Assembly: GCA_965223795.1 (NCBI GenBank)
Contig: CBDCXL010000002.1
Coordinates: 2,112,001 to 2,176,000, forward strand
Length of the DNA: 64,000 nucleotides
Reading direction: 5' to 3'
Source of the DNA: Nitrospinales bacterium
Lineage (GTDB): Bacteria; Nitrospinota; Nitrospinia; Nitrospinales; VA-1
Shown here piece by piece: positions 10,326 through 20,387 of this stretch (positions within the stretch are counted from its first letter, which is position 1; each line of letters opens with the position of its first letter). Position numbers and translations under genes: made by a program. The notes under the pieces were generated by a model. That model had not been told where the DNA came from. It was given only the letters and a program-made list of their open reading frames with translations, and ran no database searches.

Positions 10326-12836
10326 TTATAACAGATTCACCGGGTCCACGTCGATGGATAATTTGGTTCCTCGCGTCAGCAGGGGTTTGAGTTCCGTCTG
10401 CGCGGGAATCCGGGTCAGCACATCCATCAGGCCGCGCGCGCTGGCGGCGCGCAGCAGGATGTGCCAGCGGAATTTGTTCTTGATGCGGTACAGCGCCGCC
10501 CTGGAAGGCCCCAGCACCTCGACGCCGCTTTTTTGCGGCGCGCTGCGAAGCAGATGGGTCTTGAGCCTGCCTGCCAGCTTCTCCCCGTCCGGCTCACGGC
10601 CGCTTTCGATCTCCAGCGCGGCCATGCGTGTGAACGGCGGGTAGTTCAGTTTTTTTCTCAGTTCCAGCTCACTGGTGTAAAACCCGGCGGGATCGTGGTT
10701 GCGCACGAATTCGAACACATAATGTCCGGGGTTGTGGGTCTGCACGATCACCTGCCCCGGTACACTGCCGCGTCCGGCACGCCCGGACACTTGGGTCAAC
10801 AGCTGGAAGGAGCGCTCTGAGGAGCGAAAATCGGGAATGTTGAGGGAGAGGTCGGCGTGCACGACGCCGACGAGGGTCACGTTGGGAAAATCGTGGCCTT
10901 TGGTGATCATCTGCGTGCCGATCAGGATGTCGATCTCGCCGCTGTTCATCCTGGCGTGCATGGATTCGAAATCGGCGCGCCCGCGGGCGGTGTCGCGGTC
11001 GATGCGGACAATGCGGGCCTGCGGAAACAGGCGGCAGGTTTCCTCTTCCAGCTTTTGTGTGCCGAATCCACTGAAGCGCAGAAGTTCCCCTTTGCAGTCC
11101 GGACAGGCGGCGGGCACTCGGGCGGTCCAGTTGCAGTAATGGCAGCGCATGCGCAGTTCGCTGCCGTGGAACGTCAGGGTCACGCTGCATTGCGGGCACT
11201 CGAACACGAAACCGCATTCTTTGCAGAAGACGTAATTGGCGGTGCCGCGGCGGTTCAAAAACAGAAACACCTGTTCGCCGCGTTCCAGCCTGTGGCCCAT
11301 GGCGGCGCGCAGTTCACAGGAAAGGATGGAAAAGTTTTTGCGCTCGTCTTTCTCCTTTTTCATGTCGACGACGCGCACCAGCGGCAGCAGGCGGTCGCCG
11401 ACGCGCTTGTTAAGCGACAGCAGCCGGTATTTGCCGTTGTCCACGTTTCCCAGCGATTCCAGAGACGGCGTCGCCGAGCCCAGGATCACCACCGCACCGG
11501 CGGCGCGCGCGCGCACGATGGCGGTGTCGCGCGCGTGGTAGCGGGGTGTCGAGTCCTGTTTGTAGGAGGCGTCGTGCTCCTCGTCGATGACGATGACGCC
11601 GAGGTTTTTGAACGGCGCAAACACCGCGCTGCGCGCGCCGACGACGATGGCGACGCGGCCGTCGTGGATTTTTTTCCATTCCTGGTAGCGTTCGCGCTGC
11701 GACAGGCCGCTGTGCAGGATCGCCACGTTTTCCCCGAACCGGCTTAAAAAACGCGACACGGTCTGCGGCGTCAGGGAAATCTCGGGGACCATCATGATGG
11801 CGGTTTTGCCGCGTTTGAGGGCGGCTTCGATGCAGCGGATGTAGATTTCGGTCTTGCCGCTGCCGGTTATGCCGTGCAGGAGATAGGCGCAGAAACGCGC
11901 GTCCTCGATCGCCTGGTTGAGTTCGTCGTAGACACGCTGCTGATCGGAATTGAAGCGGATCGGCGCCTCCTGCGCCGGAACGGACGCGATCGGGCTTACT
12001 CCTGCTTCGCGCGGACGTTTTACGACGGAGACCTCCACCAGTTCCTTATCCTTGAGCTTGCCCAGCAGGTTCGAGGTCGTGGGCAGCTTCGCCGACAATT
12101 CCTTGAGTGAGTGCGCTCCGTTTTTCAGCAACTGGTAGAGTTCTTTCTGTTTGGGGCTTCGCTTGAACAGGGTTTCGATTTCCTCCGCCGTCAGCACGGG
12201 CGGCTTGAGGCGCGCCTGCTTTTCATACTGATAGGGCACCGTGCTTTTCCGGATGCGGGACGTGGCGGTCAACAGCCCCTCCTGTTTGAGCCGCGTCATG
12301 GCGTGCGGACTGAACCGGTTTTGCAGCAGCCGCTTGAGCTGGCCCGCGGTCATGCTCTTGCGCTTGCGCACGGATTCCAGGATCCAGAATTGGGCGTCCC
12401 TGAGCTGTTCGTTCTCCAGCGCCAGCGCGCCCTTGTCGCTCAAGGTCAGCAGCTCCTGGCTTTCCTCCTCCATCCCCGCCGGCAGCGTGGCCTTGATCGC
12501 CTCGCCCCAGGAGGACTGGTAGTACTCCGCGAGCCAGCGGGTGAGCGTGAGGATTTCACCGCTCAGAACCGGGGCGCTGTCGAGCACCTCCTCGATGTCC
12601 TTGAGAGTGAGAGAGGGGTCGGGCTCGTCGGTGAAGGCGACGACATAGCCCGTGAGCCTGCGCTTGCCGAAGGGGACGAGAACGCGCATGCCCACCTGAA
12701 CGCTTACCTCAAGGTGACCGGGAACGGAATAGGTAAAGGGTTCCTTGACAGGGAGGTTCATCGCCACCTGCGCGTAGCGGTTCCCGGCGGGGTGCGGACC
12801 GGCAATGGATTGGGGGGCGGCGGCGGGAGAGGTCAT
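10326..12836 (-). CDS. priA: Primosomal protein N'
   Basis: GITGSGKT, DEEH, four CxxC zinc motifs, GTQMITKGHDF, QVSGRAGR. Confidence 0.97.
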   Translation of the reverse strand: MTSPAAAPQSIAGPHPAGNRYAQVAMNLPVKEPFTYSVPGHLEVSVQVGMRVLVPFGKRRLTGYVVAFTDEPDPSLTLKDIEEVLDSAPVLSGEILTLTRWLAEYYQSSWGEAIKATLPAGMEEESQELLTLSDKGALALENEQLRDAQFWILESVRKRKSMTAGQLKRLLQNRFSPHAMTRLKQEGLLTATSRIRKSTVPYQYEKQARLKPPVLTAEEIETLFKRSPKQKELYQLLKNGAHSLKELSAKLPTTSNLLGKLKDKELVEVSVVKRPREAGVSPIASVPAQEAPIRFNSDQQRVYDELNQAIEDARFCAYLLHGITGSGKTEIYIRCIEAALKRGKTAIMMVPEISLTPQTVSRFLSRFGENVAILHSGLSQRERYQEWKKIHDGRVAIVVGARSAVFAPFKNLGVIVIDEEHDASYKQDSTPRYHARDTAIVRARAAGAVVILGSATPSLESLGNVDNGKYRLLSLNKRVGDRLLPLVRVVDMKKEKDERKNFSILSCELRAAMGHRLERGEQVFLFLNRRGTANYVFCKECGFVFECPQCSVTLTFHGSELRMRCHYCNWTARVPAACPDCKGELLRFSGFGTQKLEEETCRLFPQARIVRIDRDTARGRADFESMHARMNSGEIDILIGTQMITKGHDFPNVTLVGVVHADLSLNIPDFRSSERSFQLLTQVSGRAGRGSVPGQVIVQTHNPGHYVFEFVRNHDPAGFYTSELELRKKLNYPPFTRMAALEIESGREPDGEKLAGRLKTHLLRSAPQKSGVEVLGPSRAALYRIKNKFRWHILLRAASARGLMDVLTRIPAQTELKPLLTRGTKLSIDVDPVNLL

Positions 12837-13026
12837 GGAAATCGTCGTGCGTTCATTGCCGCAATTTTACCAGAGTGAGTGGATTTTTAAAAACAGCCGC
12901 CTTGCCGAAGCCGGGACAAAAGGCATTGACTCATTTTCCGTATTCCACTAAGCTTTTTTGCTCTCAACCTGTTAAAGCCATGAACGAAGGGTTCCCGGAC
13001 GGGAGCCGAATTTGAGGAGGCGCGGT

Positions 13027-13245
13027 ATGAAAGTCGGTGACACGGTTAAAATCGATTTTGCGGGAAAGAAAAAAGACGGTGTGGTGTTCAGGCTGTTTCC
13101 CAATTCGGTTCACTTGAAGGTGGATTTTGAAAACGACAAGGGAAAGATCGTCAAACGCAAACTGAACGCCATCGGCAAGGGAAAAGCCGCCAAAAAGACC
13201 GAAAAGAAAGCCAAGAAAAAAGAGCCCGCCAAATCCGGCAAGTGA
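13027..13245 (+). CDS. Small very basic protein (SH3/KOW-like head, Lys/Ala tail)
   Basis: GAGGAGG RBS, ATG 13027, 72 aa; upstream TTGACT-N17-TAAGCT at 12926-12954. Confidence 0.75.
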   Translation: MKVGDTVKIDFAGKKKDGVVFRLFPNSVHLKVDFENDKGKIVKRKLNAIGKGKAAKKTEKKAKKKEPAKSGK

Positions 13246-13284
13246 GCTTTAAGCCTCAGGCGGGGCGCGGGCGCGCCGCCCGGA

Positions 13285-14295
13285 TCAGAAATAGGTTTTC
13301 AGGTCCGCTTTTTTCTTCAGATTTTTTACGTAATTGCGGGTGGCCTGCACGGTTTTTTTATCGGTCAGGCTTTTGCGTATTTTTTCCTTCTGGGATTCAA
13401 AAGAACGCGTTTCCCCCTGTTTGCGGTCCGTGACCTTGAGAATGTGCAGGCCGTGCTTGGTCTGAAAGATTTCGCTCACCTCACCCACCTTCAGCGCAAA
13501 TGCCCGTTTGCTGAACGCCGGCAGCATCTGCTTTTTGGCGAAATATCCCAGATCCCCTCCCTTTGATGCGAGCGAGTCCTGGGAGAATTTCCGCGCCATC
13601 GCCGCGAAATCCGTCCCCGATTCGATGCGCTGCTTGATCGACTCCAGCTGTTTCCGGGCTTCGTGCTCCTTGGCCGCGGGGCTGTTGGCCGGGACTTTGA
13701 TCAGGATCACGCTGGCCCGCACTTTGTCCGGGACGCGGAATTTTTCCGGATTGTTGTCGTAGTAGGCTTTGATTTCCTTTTCCGGAACCTGAATTTTGGC
13801 GGCGATCTCTTTTTGGATGACTTCATTCATGACCAGGTCTTCACGCAGCTCCTGCTTGTACTGATCCATGGTCATGCCGCTGTCCGCCAGGGTGTGTTCG
13901 AACACCGCATCGGATTTGAACGACGCTTTGATGGTCTTGAGTTCTTTATCGAGCGCATCGGGAGTGACGGCGATGCCCAGCTCCTTGCCTTTCTGCACCA
14001 GGAGCGTCCGGCTGATGGCGTCGTCGATGGCTTTTTTGGCGGCGGTTTTCACCTGATCGGGAGTCAGTTTCATGCCGCGGTCGCTGTAGGAATCGATGGT
14101 GCGCTGCAAATCCCTCAGGATGACGTCTTTGGTGATGTCGGTTCCGTTGACTTTCGCGGTGACGTCCGGCAGCGAGATGGGCGGTTTTTCGTGTTTGTGC
14201 CCCGAATGGGCATGGAGTTGGGAAACGGCCGCGGCCAACAGGCAGCCGGCGGCAAAAATTGCGGTGACTGTGTTTACAGCAACGTGCCGGATCAT
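13285..14295 (-). CDS. Exported SurA/PrsA-like peptidylprolyl isomerase
   Basis: Signal peptide, AKVNG SurA-N domain, parvulin DFAAMARKFSQD...GGDLG. Confidence 0.88.
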   Translation of the reverse strand: MIRHVAVNTVTAIFAAGCLLAAAVSQLHAHSGHKHEKPPISLPDVTAKVNGTDITKDVILRDLQRTIDSYSDRGMKLTPDQVKTAAKKAIDDAISRTLLVQKGKELGIAVTPDALDKELKTIKASFKSDAVFEHTLADSGMTMDQYKQELREDLVMNEVIQKEIAAKIQVPEKEIKAYYDNNPEKFRVPDKVRASVILIKVPANSPAAKEHEARKQLESIKQRIESGTDFAAMARKFSQDSLASKGGDLGYFAKKQMLPAFSKRAFALKVGEVSEIFQTKHGLHILKVTDRKQGETRSFESQKEKIRKSLTDKKTVQATRNYVKNLKKKADLKTYF

Positions 14296-14456
14296 GGGAT
14301 TTCTCTCCTGAAAAATGAAGGCTTGGGCCTGCGAAATGTCGGGTTTACAGGAATCAGGCTAATCATTCACGGGGGGGATGTCAACCGATTTTGTGGCGCG
14401 GGAGAGGGGCGTGCGGGTGCGGGTACCCGCCGGTTCCTGAGGGGAAACAGGGGGCG

Positions 14457-15257
14457 TTACGGGATCGGACGCACGGTGCGGAATCCGTAAATTTCCTTTT
14501 TCGCATCCGGCCGGTTGCGGGCGCGGTGCACCAGTTGGACGCCGTCCAGGTCATTGATCCAGGAGCCGCCGCGCAGCACCTTCATGGTGCGCGGTCCTTC
14601 CGGGCCCTCGGGATTGATTTCCGGGCTTTCACGGTAATAGCCGGCATCGTACCAGTCGAGGCACCACTCCCAGACATTGCCCGAGGTGTTGTACAGTCCG
14701 AACGGGCTGATTCCCGACTGGTAATAATCGACCGGGGCGGTGAAGGGATAGTTGTCTTCCCCGCCGTACACGTTGACGAAATAGAAGTGCGTCCCCTGTT
14801 CCCATTTGTCGCCCCACGGCCACAGCCGGCCGTCGCTTCCGCGCGCGGCTTTTTCCCATTCCGCTTCGGTGGGCAGCCGCCCGCCTTTCCACTTGGCGTA
14901 GGCCATGGCGTCGTGCCAGGTGATGCCGACGACGGGGAATTCCGGCTTGTTGAAATTTTCATCGTCCCAGTAAGGCGGTTTGGCGTGGCCGGTGGCGTCG
15001 ATGAACTTTTTGTACTCGGCGTTGCTCACTTCGTATTTGTCGATGAAATAGGCGGGGGTGTAGACAAAGTGCATGGGCTTTTCATCGTCCCTGCCCGACG
15101 CGGTTCCCATCTGAAAATATCCTTCGGGAATGTACACCATGCCGGGCGGCGGTTCCGTTTCCGCTTCTGCCTGGTTACAGAAAAAAAACGCCGGGAAAAA
15201 ACAGACGAGAAACAAAGAGAAAATCCGGATCAAGGAAAGGCGGGGAAATACGGTCAT
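14457..15257 (-). CDS. Exported FGE-sulfatase domain protein
   Basis: MVYIPEGYFQMG, RLPTEAEWEKAARG, GNVWEW, RGGSW; signal peptide. Confidence 0.88.
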   Translation of the reverse strand: MTVFPRLSLIRIFSLFLVCFFPAFFFCNQAEAETEPPPGMVYIPEGYFQMGTASGRDDEKPMHFVYTPAYFIDKYEVSNAEYKKFIDATGHAKPPYWDDENFNKPEFPVVGITWHDAMAYAKWKGGRLPTEAEWEKAARGSDGRLWPWGDKWEQGTHFYFVNVYGGEDNYPFTAPVDYYQSGISPFGLYNTSGNVWEWCLDWYDAGYYRESPEINPEGPEGPRTMKVLRGGSWINDLDGVQLVHRARNRPDAKKEIYGFRTVRPIP

Positions 15258-15490
15258 TTGACCGTGAAAAAACCGATGTGGGTGACGAGATCTTCGCGGG
15301 TTTCGACGGGGAGGTCTTCTTCAAGATTTTCGATGTCGATCCATTTGTAATGGCCGTTCCAGCAATTCAGCGTGACCACCGTGTTGCCGTACCAGTCCAT
15401 CGTGCGATTCAGGAAAATCGGAGCCTGGCAGCGCTGGCAGTAGCCTCGTATCGACAGTGTCGACGGGCACTCTTTGTTTGCGTTTCCCAT
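15254..15490 (-). CDS. Small Cys/His zinc-ribbon-like hypothetical protein
   Basis: CQRC...CWNGH; ATGA overlap with the downstream gene. Confidence 0.65.
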   Translation of the reverse strand: MGNANKECPSTLSIRGYCQRCQAPIFLNRTMDWYGNTVVTLNCWNGHYKWIDIENLEEDLPVETREDLVTHIGFFTVK

Positions 15491-15722
15491 CGGTTGAAAC
15501 CATCACGATTTAAAAAGCATTAAAAAGCAAAACCGTATTAAGAAATTGTAGGCTCAAAAATCGCCGCAGGGCAAGATATATTTGCGTTTCACGCCATTTT
15601 GAATTTTTTGCACATCCTAAAATGTCAAGTTTTTTTGTTGCGAAGGGGCTTAAAAACCGCTCAGGGAGCGGTCTTCCGCCCGGCGATGCGTCCGGGAAAA
15701 GGAGAAAAAGGACGGGAAGCGC

Positions 15723-16298
15723 TCAGCCAAGATCCACGCCGGCCGCATGCAGCAGCGCTTTCACGGTGTCGATGGGGAAACCCACGATGTTGGAGTAAGA
15801 GCCCTCGTAGGACTCCACGAAGGCGGCGGCCCGGCCCTGGATGGCGTAGGCCCCGGCCTTGTCCATCGGTTCTCCGGTGGCGATGTAGCGGCTGATTTCC
15901 GCATCGTTCAGCGGCCGGATGTGCACGGTCGATACGGAGGTGTCTTCATACACTGAGCCGTGAACCACCACCACGCCGGTGATGACCTGATGCCGCCTGC
16001 CGCTGAGCATTTTCAGAATGCGGCTGGCGTCCCCGGTATCTTTGGGTTTTCCAATGATTTTATCCTCCAGCACAACGAGGGTGTCCGCTCCCAGTACCGG
16101 ATGACCGGGGTGGCTGCGGGCCACGTCCGTGGCTTTTTCCCGCGCCAGGGCCAGGGCGTTTTCGCGCGGGGTGAGGCCGTCCTGAAGCGTTTCTGCCACC
16201 GTCGAGGGAACGACCTTGAAATTCGGTGTGAGCTTTCGGATGGCCTCGATCCGCCGCGGCGAGCGTGAAGCCAGGATGAGGGGGTTGGATGCAGGCAT
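15723..16298 (-). CDS. maf: Maf family nucleotide pyrophosphatase
   Basis: ILASRSPRR, GADT, GKP, DKAGAYAIQG. Confidence 0.93.
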   Translation of the reverse strand: MPASNPLILASRSPRRIEAIRKLTPNFKVVPSTVAETLQDGLTPRENALALAREKATDVARSHPGHPVLGADTLVVLEDKIIGKPKDTGDASRILKMLSGRRHQVITGVVVVHGSVYEDTSVSTVHIRPLNDAEISRYIATGEPMDKAGAYAIQGRAAAFVESYEGSYSNIVGFPIDTVKALLHAAGVDLG

Positions 16299-16476
16299 GA
16301 CAGCGGTATTTTGATGGGACCGGAAGCCCGAATTTCGGTTTCCGGATGCGCGTTTCCAAATAGTATTTTTTTTTTGACTGCTTTATTATAGACGCAATCC
16401 AAACCAAACCACGGGTTTGAATGTTATTTCCCCGCTCTGGCACATCGTCCCGTGGTTGCCCGTAAAGAGGAAAGAC

Positions 16477-16869
16477 ATGGCAGGCGCTTCGTATCAAATC
16501 CAGGTGCGGCACATCCTGGTCGAAAAAGAGGAAGTCGCGGAACTTCTGAAAGAGACCATCAATTCGGTCAAATCCGGAACCGGGCGGGTGAAAATGCTGA
16601 TGAACCTCGCGGAAAAGTACAGCCAGTGCGCCACCAAATCCGACGGCGGCAATCTCGGCTGGCTGGAACTGGGATGGAACGCGGAAGACCCGAGAAAACC
16701 CCGCGGCGGGTTCAAGAAACTGCAAAACGAGGAACTCTACGACTGCATCTGCGAAGGGCTGGAAAAAAGAACGCTGGACAGCAAGACCGCGTTTGGTCCT
16801 GTCAAAACCCGCGAGGGTTACCACCTGGTGATGGTGGCGAACGAATTTCACACCGATCGGATTCTTTGA
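16477..16869 (+). CDS. Parvulin-type peptidylprolyl isomerase
   Basis: VRHILV, LAEKYSQC...GGNLGW, GPVKTREGYHLV. Confidence 0.82.
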   Translation: MAGASYQIQVRHILVEKEEVAELLKETINSVKSGTGRVKMLMNLAEKYSQCATKSDGGNLGWLELGWNAEDPRKPRGGFKKLQNEELYDCICEGLEKRTLDSKTAFGPVKTREGYHLVMVANEFHTDRIL

Positions 16870-16980
16870 CCTCAGCCGTTCGCCCCGGTTTTCGGCAATC
16901 ATTCTTCCTGGCAATCCATACGGACCGTAAGCTTTGCCGTCGCGGCCTGGCTGTCGAGAACGCGTGGGGTTGTTGCGGGA

Positions 16981-18090
16981 TCAAACAGCCGGGGTGGCGA
17001 GGGGCGTTTCTTTTTTTTCCGCGTCGACGAAGTTGTAGGCGAAGCAGCCGCTGGAGCAGCGCACCATGTAATGCGGGCAGGAAGCGCAGGGTTCTTTCAC
17101 CTTGGTTTCTTCAAACACTCTGTTCAGGAACCGGGAGCCCATTTTGGCCATGGCGATGGAATTGACTTCCTTGAATTCGTCGATGTTGCCGAGCTTGAGG
17201 TTGTGGAACGGGAAGCAGTTGAAGCAGTCGCCCTTGCTGTCGATGTCCATCGGGCTGCCGTCGGCGCAGCCGAAATACAGATCCTGGGTTTTCCATTCCA
17301 TCAGGTCCGGCACCTGTTTGTTGCCGTGGAAGTAGATGCGCTCGGTGAGCGTGTACTCGTCTTCTTCGATCTCATCGAGAAAACAGGGCGGAAACGAACA
17401 GTCGAAGCGGAAACACATCTGCGGGAACCGCTTCAGAATGCCCAGCATCTTGCGGCCCATTCGGGGGAAATCGCGGATCGGCAGGTAGTCGTTCTTCACG
17501 TCGCCGATGATGGGAAACGCGGGGCTCACGCGGATCTTGTAGAGCTGGTCCTTGGGCAGGCCCACCTCCTGGTAGATGGCGTCGATCTCGCTGCACTGGG
17601 TCATCAGGTCCTGGTGCTTCGAGTACAGGTTGATGCTGAAGGTGATGCTGTAGCCGTTGATGCGCAAAAGTTCCCGCGCCACTTCGCCGCAGCGGGCGTG
17701 ATTTTTTTCGGAGATGTTTTCCATCGTCTGCCAGTTGAGCAGGATGGCGAAATACACGTTGCGTTTTATGGAACCGTTGACGCCGGCGGTGCGCTTGAAC
17801 AGGTCGAGGACTTTATCGGGCATGAGCCCGTTGGAAAACACGCTGAGGGCGGAATAGGGATTCACCGCCTCCAGGGTGCGGTTGAAAATTTCGTTGAACT
17901 CGGGATGCAGGGTGGGCTCGCCGCCCATGAAATTGATGATGGGCGTCTGGCGGATCTTCGGCAGCAGCGTGTCCGTGAAATAGTCGAATTCCATGGATTT
18001 CCCGGGGGTCCGCACGGTTTCTTCCATGTATTCGTCGGCAAAACAGTAATTGCACTTCAAATTGCAATAACTGTTCAAAATGATGTTCAT
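16981..18090 (-). CDS. Radical SAM protein with C-terminal SPASM-like Cys cluster
   Basis: CNLKCNYC, GGEP; C-terminal CASC...CSSGC; GGAGG RBS before ATG 18090. Confidence 0.85.
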   Translation of the reverse strand: MNIILNSYCNLKCNYCFADEYMEETVRTPGKSMEFDYFTDTLLPKIRQTPIINFMGGEPTLHPEFNEIFNRTLEAVNPYSALSVFSNGLMPDKVLDLFKRTAGVNGSIKRNVYFAILLNWQTMENISEKNHARCGEVARELLRINGYSITFSINLYSKHQDLMTQCSEIDAIYQEVGLPKDQLYKIRVSPAFPIIGDVKNDYLPIRDFPRMGRKMLGILKRFPQMCFRFDCSFPPCFLDEIEEDEYTLTERIYFHGNKQVPDLMEWKTQDLYFGCADGSPMDIDSKGDCFNCFPFHNLKLGNIDEFKEVNSIAMAKMGSRFLNRVFEETKVKEPCASCPHYMVRCSSGCFAYNFVDAEKKETPLATPAV

Positions 18091-18245
18091 GGCGCGCCTC
18101 CCGCAGGGTGAGAACCTGCTGCCCGGAATCTGGTAAACCCCCTGAAATTCAGCCTTTGAGGTGGATTTTGGGGTTGTTCCGACATTGTGTAGGAATATGC
18201 CCATCCATCATACCACCCGGGGAAGGGCCTGTGCGCGAATTCGCC

Positions 18246-18530
18246 CTAGGGCTCGAATTTTTTCCGGCGCCTGAGGATCTGGGAGGTGCCCGCGTGCGCC
18301 ACCATTTTCAGCTCGAAAGGATGGGTGCGGGAGATGTTGACGAGGCTCTGGATGGCCTTGTCCTTGGCGTCGGTTTCGTCCTCGCCTTCGCATTTCATTT
18401 CCCAGGCGTTGTCCACAGTGGGGATTTTCTCGATGCCGTGCTCTTCCATCCGGAGCAGGATGTCTTTTTTGTCTCCTTCCTGAATGTCGTGGAACTCCGC
18501 GACGATCAAAACATTGTAAACCTGGCTCAC
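18246..18530 (-). CDS. Hypothetical protein, 94 aa
   Basis: GTG start after AAGGAGG; natural-looking sequence (SQVYNVLIVAEFHD...); 3' end of the long ORF-track frame. Confidence 0.7.
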   Translation of the reverse strand: MSQVYNVLIVAEFHDIQEGDKKDILLRMEEHGIEKIPTVDNAWEMKCEGEDETDAKDKAIQSLVNISRTHPFELKMVAHAGTSQILRRRKKFEP

Positions 18531-18860
18531 GTTGAACCTCCTTCCGCTTTGCGTTGTCGATGACGGGAGCCGATAGTGTATACTAGGCGCGGCCAAAATC
18601 CCAGCCCACGCCGTCCCGCAGGGAGTGCTGCGGCGTGAACGGACCGGGATGCGGAGGCCGAAATCCGGGAATCCACCGGTCGTCCCCGCCACGGTCTGCC
18701 GCCGATGTTGCGGCGGACTCGCATGCAAACCCGCATCCGTTTTTTCCTGTTCTGAATCAAATCTATAGTTGAGCGGCGTTCCCGGCTTTTGCGTTTGTCC
18801 CGCATTTTTATTGCGGCGTCTGCATTGCCAACGGCAGGTCCTTTCCTTCCAGGGTGTGTC

Positions 18861-20363
18861 TTGTCCTTTCTCAATCGTTTTCTCGCCAATGCGTTCTGGA
18901 CGGTGTTCGGCAAGGTCTGCGTCCAGCTCATTCTGTTCGCGGTCTCCATCGCCATCACCCGTTATCTCGGCAGCGAGCGGCTGGGGGTCTACGCCACGCT
19001 GCTGGTCATCCCGGCGTTCGTCCGGCTGCTCAATCAGCTGGGCCTGGAGACGCTGATCAACCAGAAGCTCCCGCAGTTGAACGTGAACGATCCCACAGGC
19101 AGGCAGGGCCGCTTTCTCGTGCGGCGTTTGTTTGTCCTGCGTTTTTTTTCTTCCGTGCTGTTCTGCGGCCTGATTTATTTTGTTCTGCCCTTGTATCTGG
19201 AGTTCATCCAACGGCCGGATCTGCTTGCATATCGCTGGGTGCTGGTGATTTATTTTTTCGTCATCACGCTGGATTCGCTGTTCAGCACGCTGTTCATGAC
19301 GCTGCTCAAGTACCGGCTGATCATGCTCGTCGAAACGGCGGGCGCGCTTTGCAACCTGGGCCTGCTCGTCCTGTTCATCGTGCAGGATAAGGGGATCGAA
19401 GGCGTGCTGTGGGCGTACGTGCTGTCGGTGCTGGTGACGCTTTCGATCTACGGCACACTGGCGCTGCGCCAGTTCAAAGGGGAAACCGAGCCGGTCGCGT
19501 GGGGCGGGATGAAGCACCTCGCCTGGGTTTCCTACGGCATCAGTCTGCTGAGTTTCGGCCTGCTCACGCAGAGCGATGTGCTGATGATGAATTATTTTCA
19601 GATCGCGGACGCGGACATCGGTTACTATCATCTCGCCCACGGCCTGGCGCTCATGGCGGCGTTCGTGCTCACCGGCTTCGGACCCCTGGCGCTGTCTTTG
19701 TTTTCAGAAACGTTCGCCAGAGAATCGCATGCGGGGCTGGCCCGCATCTGGTGCGAGATCGTCGGGTTCTCGGCGTTTCTCACGCTGCCGATCTACGTGT
19801 TCGTTTTCTTCAATGCGGAAGCGTTGATCCGTTTCGTGTACGGCGCGCCGTTCACGGGGGCGGCGGGCATCCTGGCGCTGTTCTCCCTGCTGCTCGGCGC
19901 CAGCGTGGCACTGGGAAGCAATTACACGGTCTCGACGCTGTTTGTGCTTGAGAAACGCAATACCGCGATGCGCTCGACCATCGAGGGCAGCGTGCTGAAC
20001 GTCGCGCTCAATCTGCTGCTGATCCCGCGGTTCGGAGTCTGGGGCGCGACGCTGGCCACGGGATCGGTCATGCTTTACATGGTGATCCGGCAGCTGGCAT
20101 CGATTCAGGCATCCATCCGCATCCTGCCGGTGTTCGCGGTGATGGGGAAATGCCTGTGCCTGTCCGTCGCCGCGGCGCTGCCGCTGTTGTTGACGGACGC
20201 CTGGTTCGGCGGACAGCTCATCGTCAATGCCGTGGTCTATATTGCAAGTTTTTTGCTGCTCATGGCGTGGAGCAAACCGATCAGCGAGGAACATCGGCGG
20301 GTGATCGCGGATCTGTATCCGCGTGCCGGCGGCTGGGTGCGGTGTTTTGTCCGCGGCGCGTAA
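18861..20363 (+). CDS. Polysaccharide flippase (Wzx/MOP family)
   Basis: About 12-14 TM helices; ITRYLGSERLGVYA, ADIGYY, LIPRFGVWGA; start uncertain. Confidence 0.85.
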   Translation: MSFLNRFLANAFWTVFGKVCVQLILFAVSIAITRYLGSERLGVYATLLVIPAFVRLLNQLGLETLINQKLPQLNVNDPTGRQGRFLVRRLFVLRFFSSVLFCGLIYFVLPLYLEFIQRPDLLAYRWVLVIYFFVITLDSLFSTLFMTLLKYRLIMLVETAGALCNLGLLVLFIVQDKGIEGVLWAYVLSVLVTLSIYGTLALRQFKGETEPVAWGGMKHLAWVSYGISLLSFGLLTQSDVLMMNYFQIADADIGYYHLAHGLALMAAFVLTGFGPLALSLFSETFARESHAGLARIWCEIVGFSAFLTLPIYVFVFFNAEALIRFVYGAPFTGAAGILALFSLLLGASVALGSNYTVSTLFVLEKRNTAMRSTIEGSVLNVALNLLLIPRFGVWGATLATGSVMLYMVIRQLASIQASIRILPVFAVMGKCLCLSVAAALPLLLTDAWFGGQLIVNAVVYIASFLLLMAWSKPISEEHRRVIADLYPRAGGWVRCFVRGA

Positions 20364-20387
20364 AATGAAAACTAACGGTGAGACACA

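Noticed and set aside
18600..18740. GC-rich hairpins with GGGAA...CCCCGCCAC, suggestive of a cobalamin riboswitch
   Set aside because: B12 box and conserved helices could not be identified; neighbouring genes are unrelated to B12; needs an Infernal search
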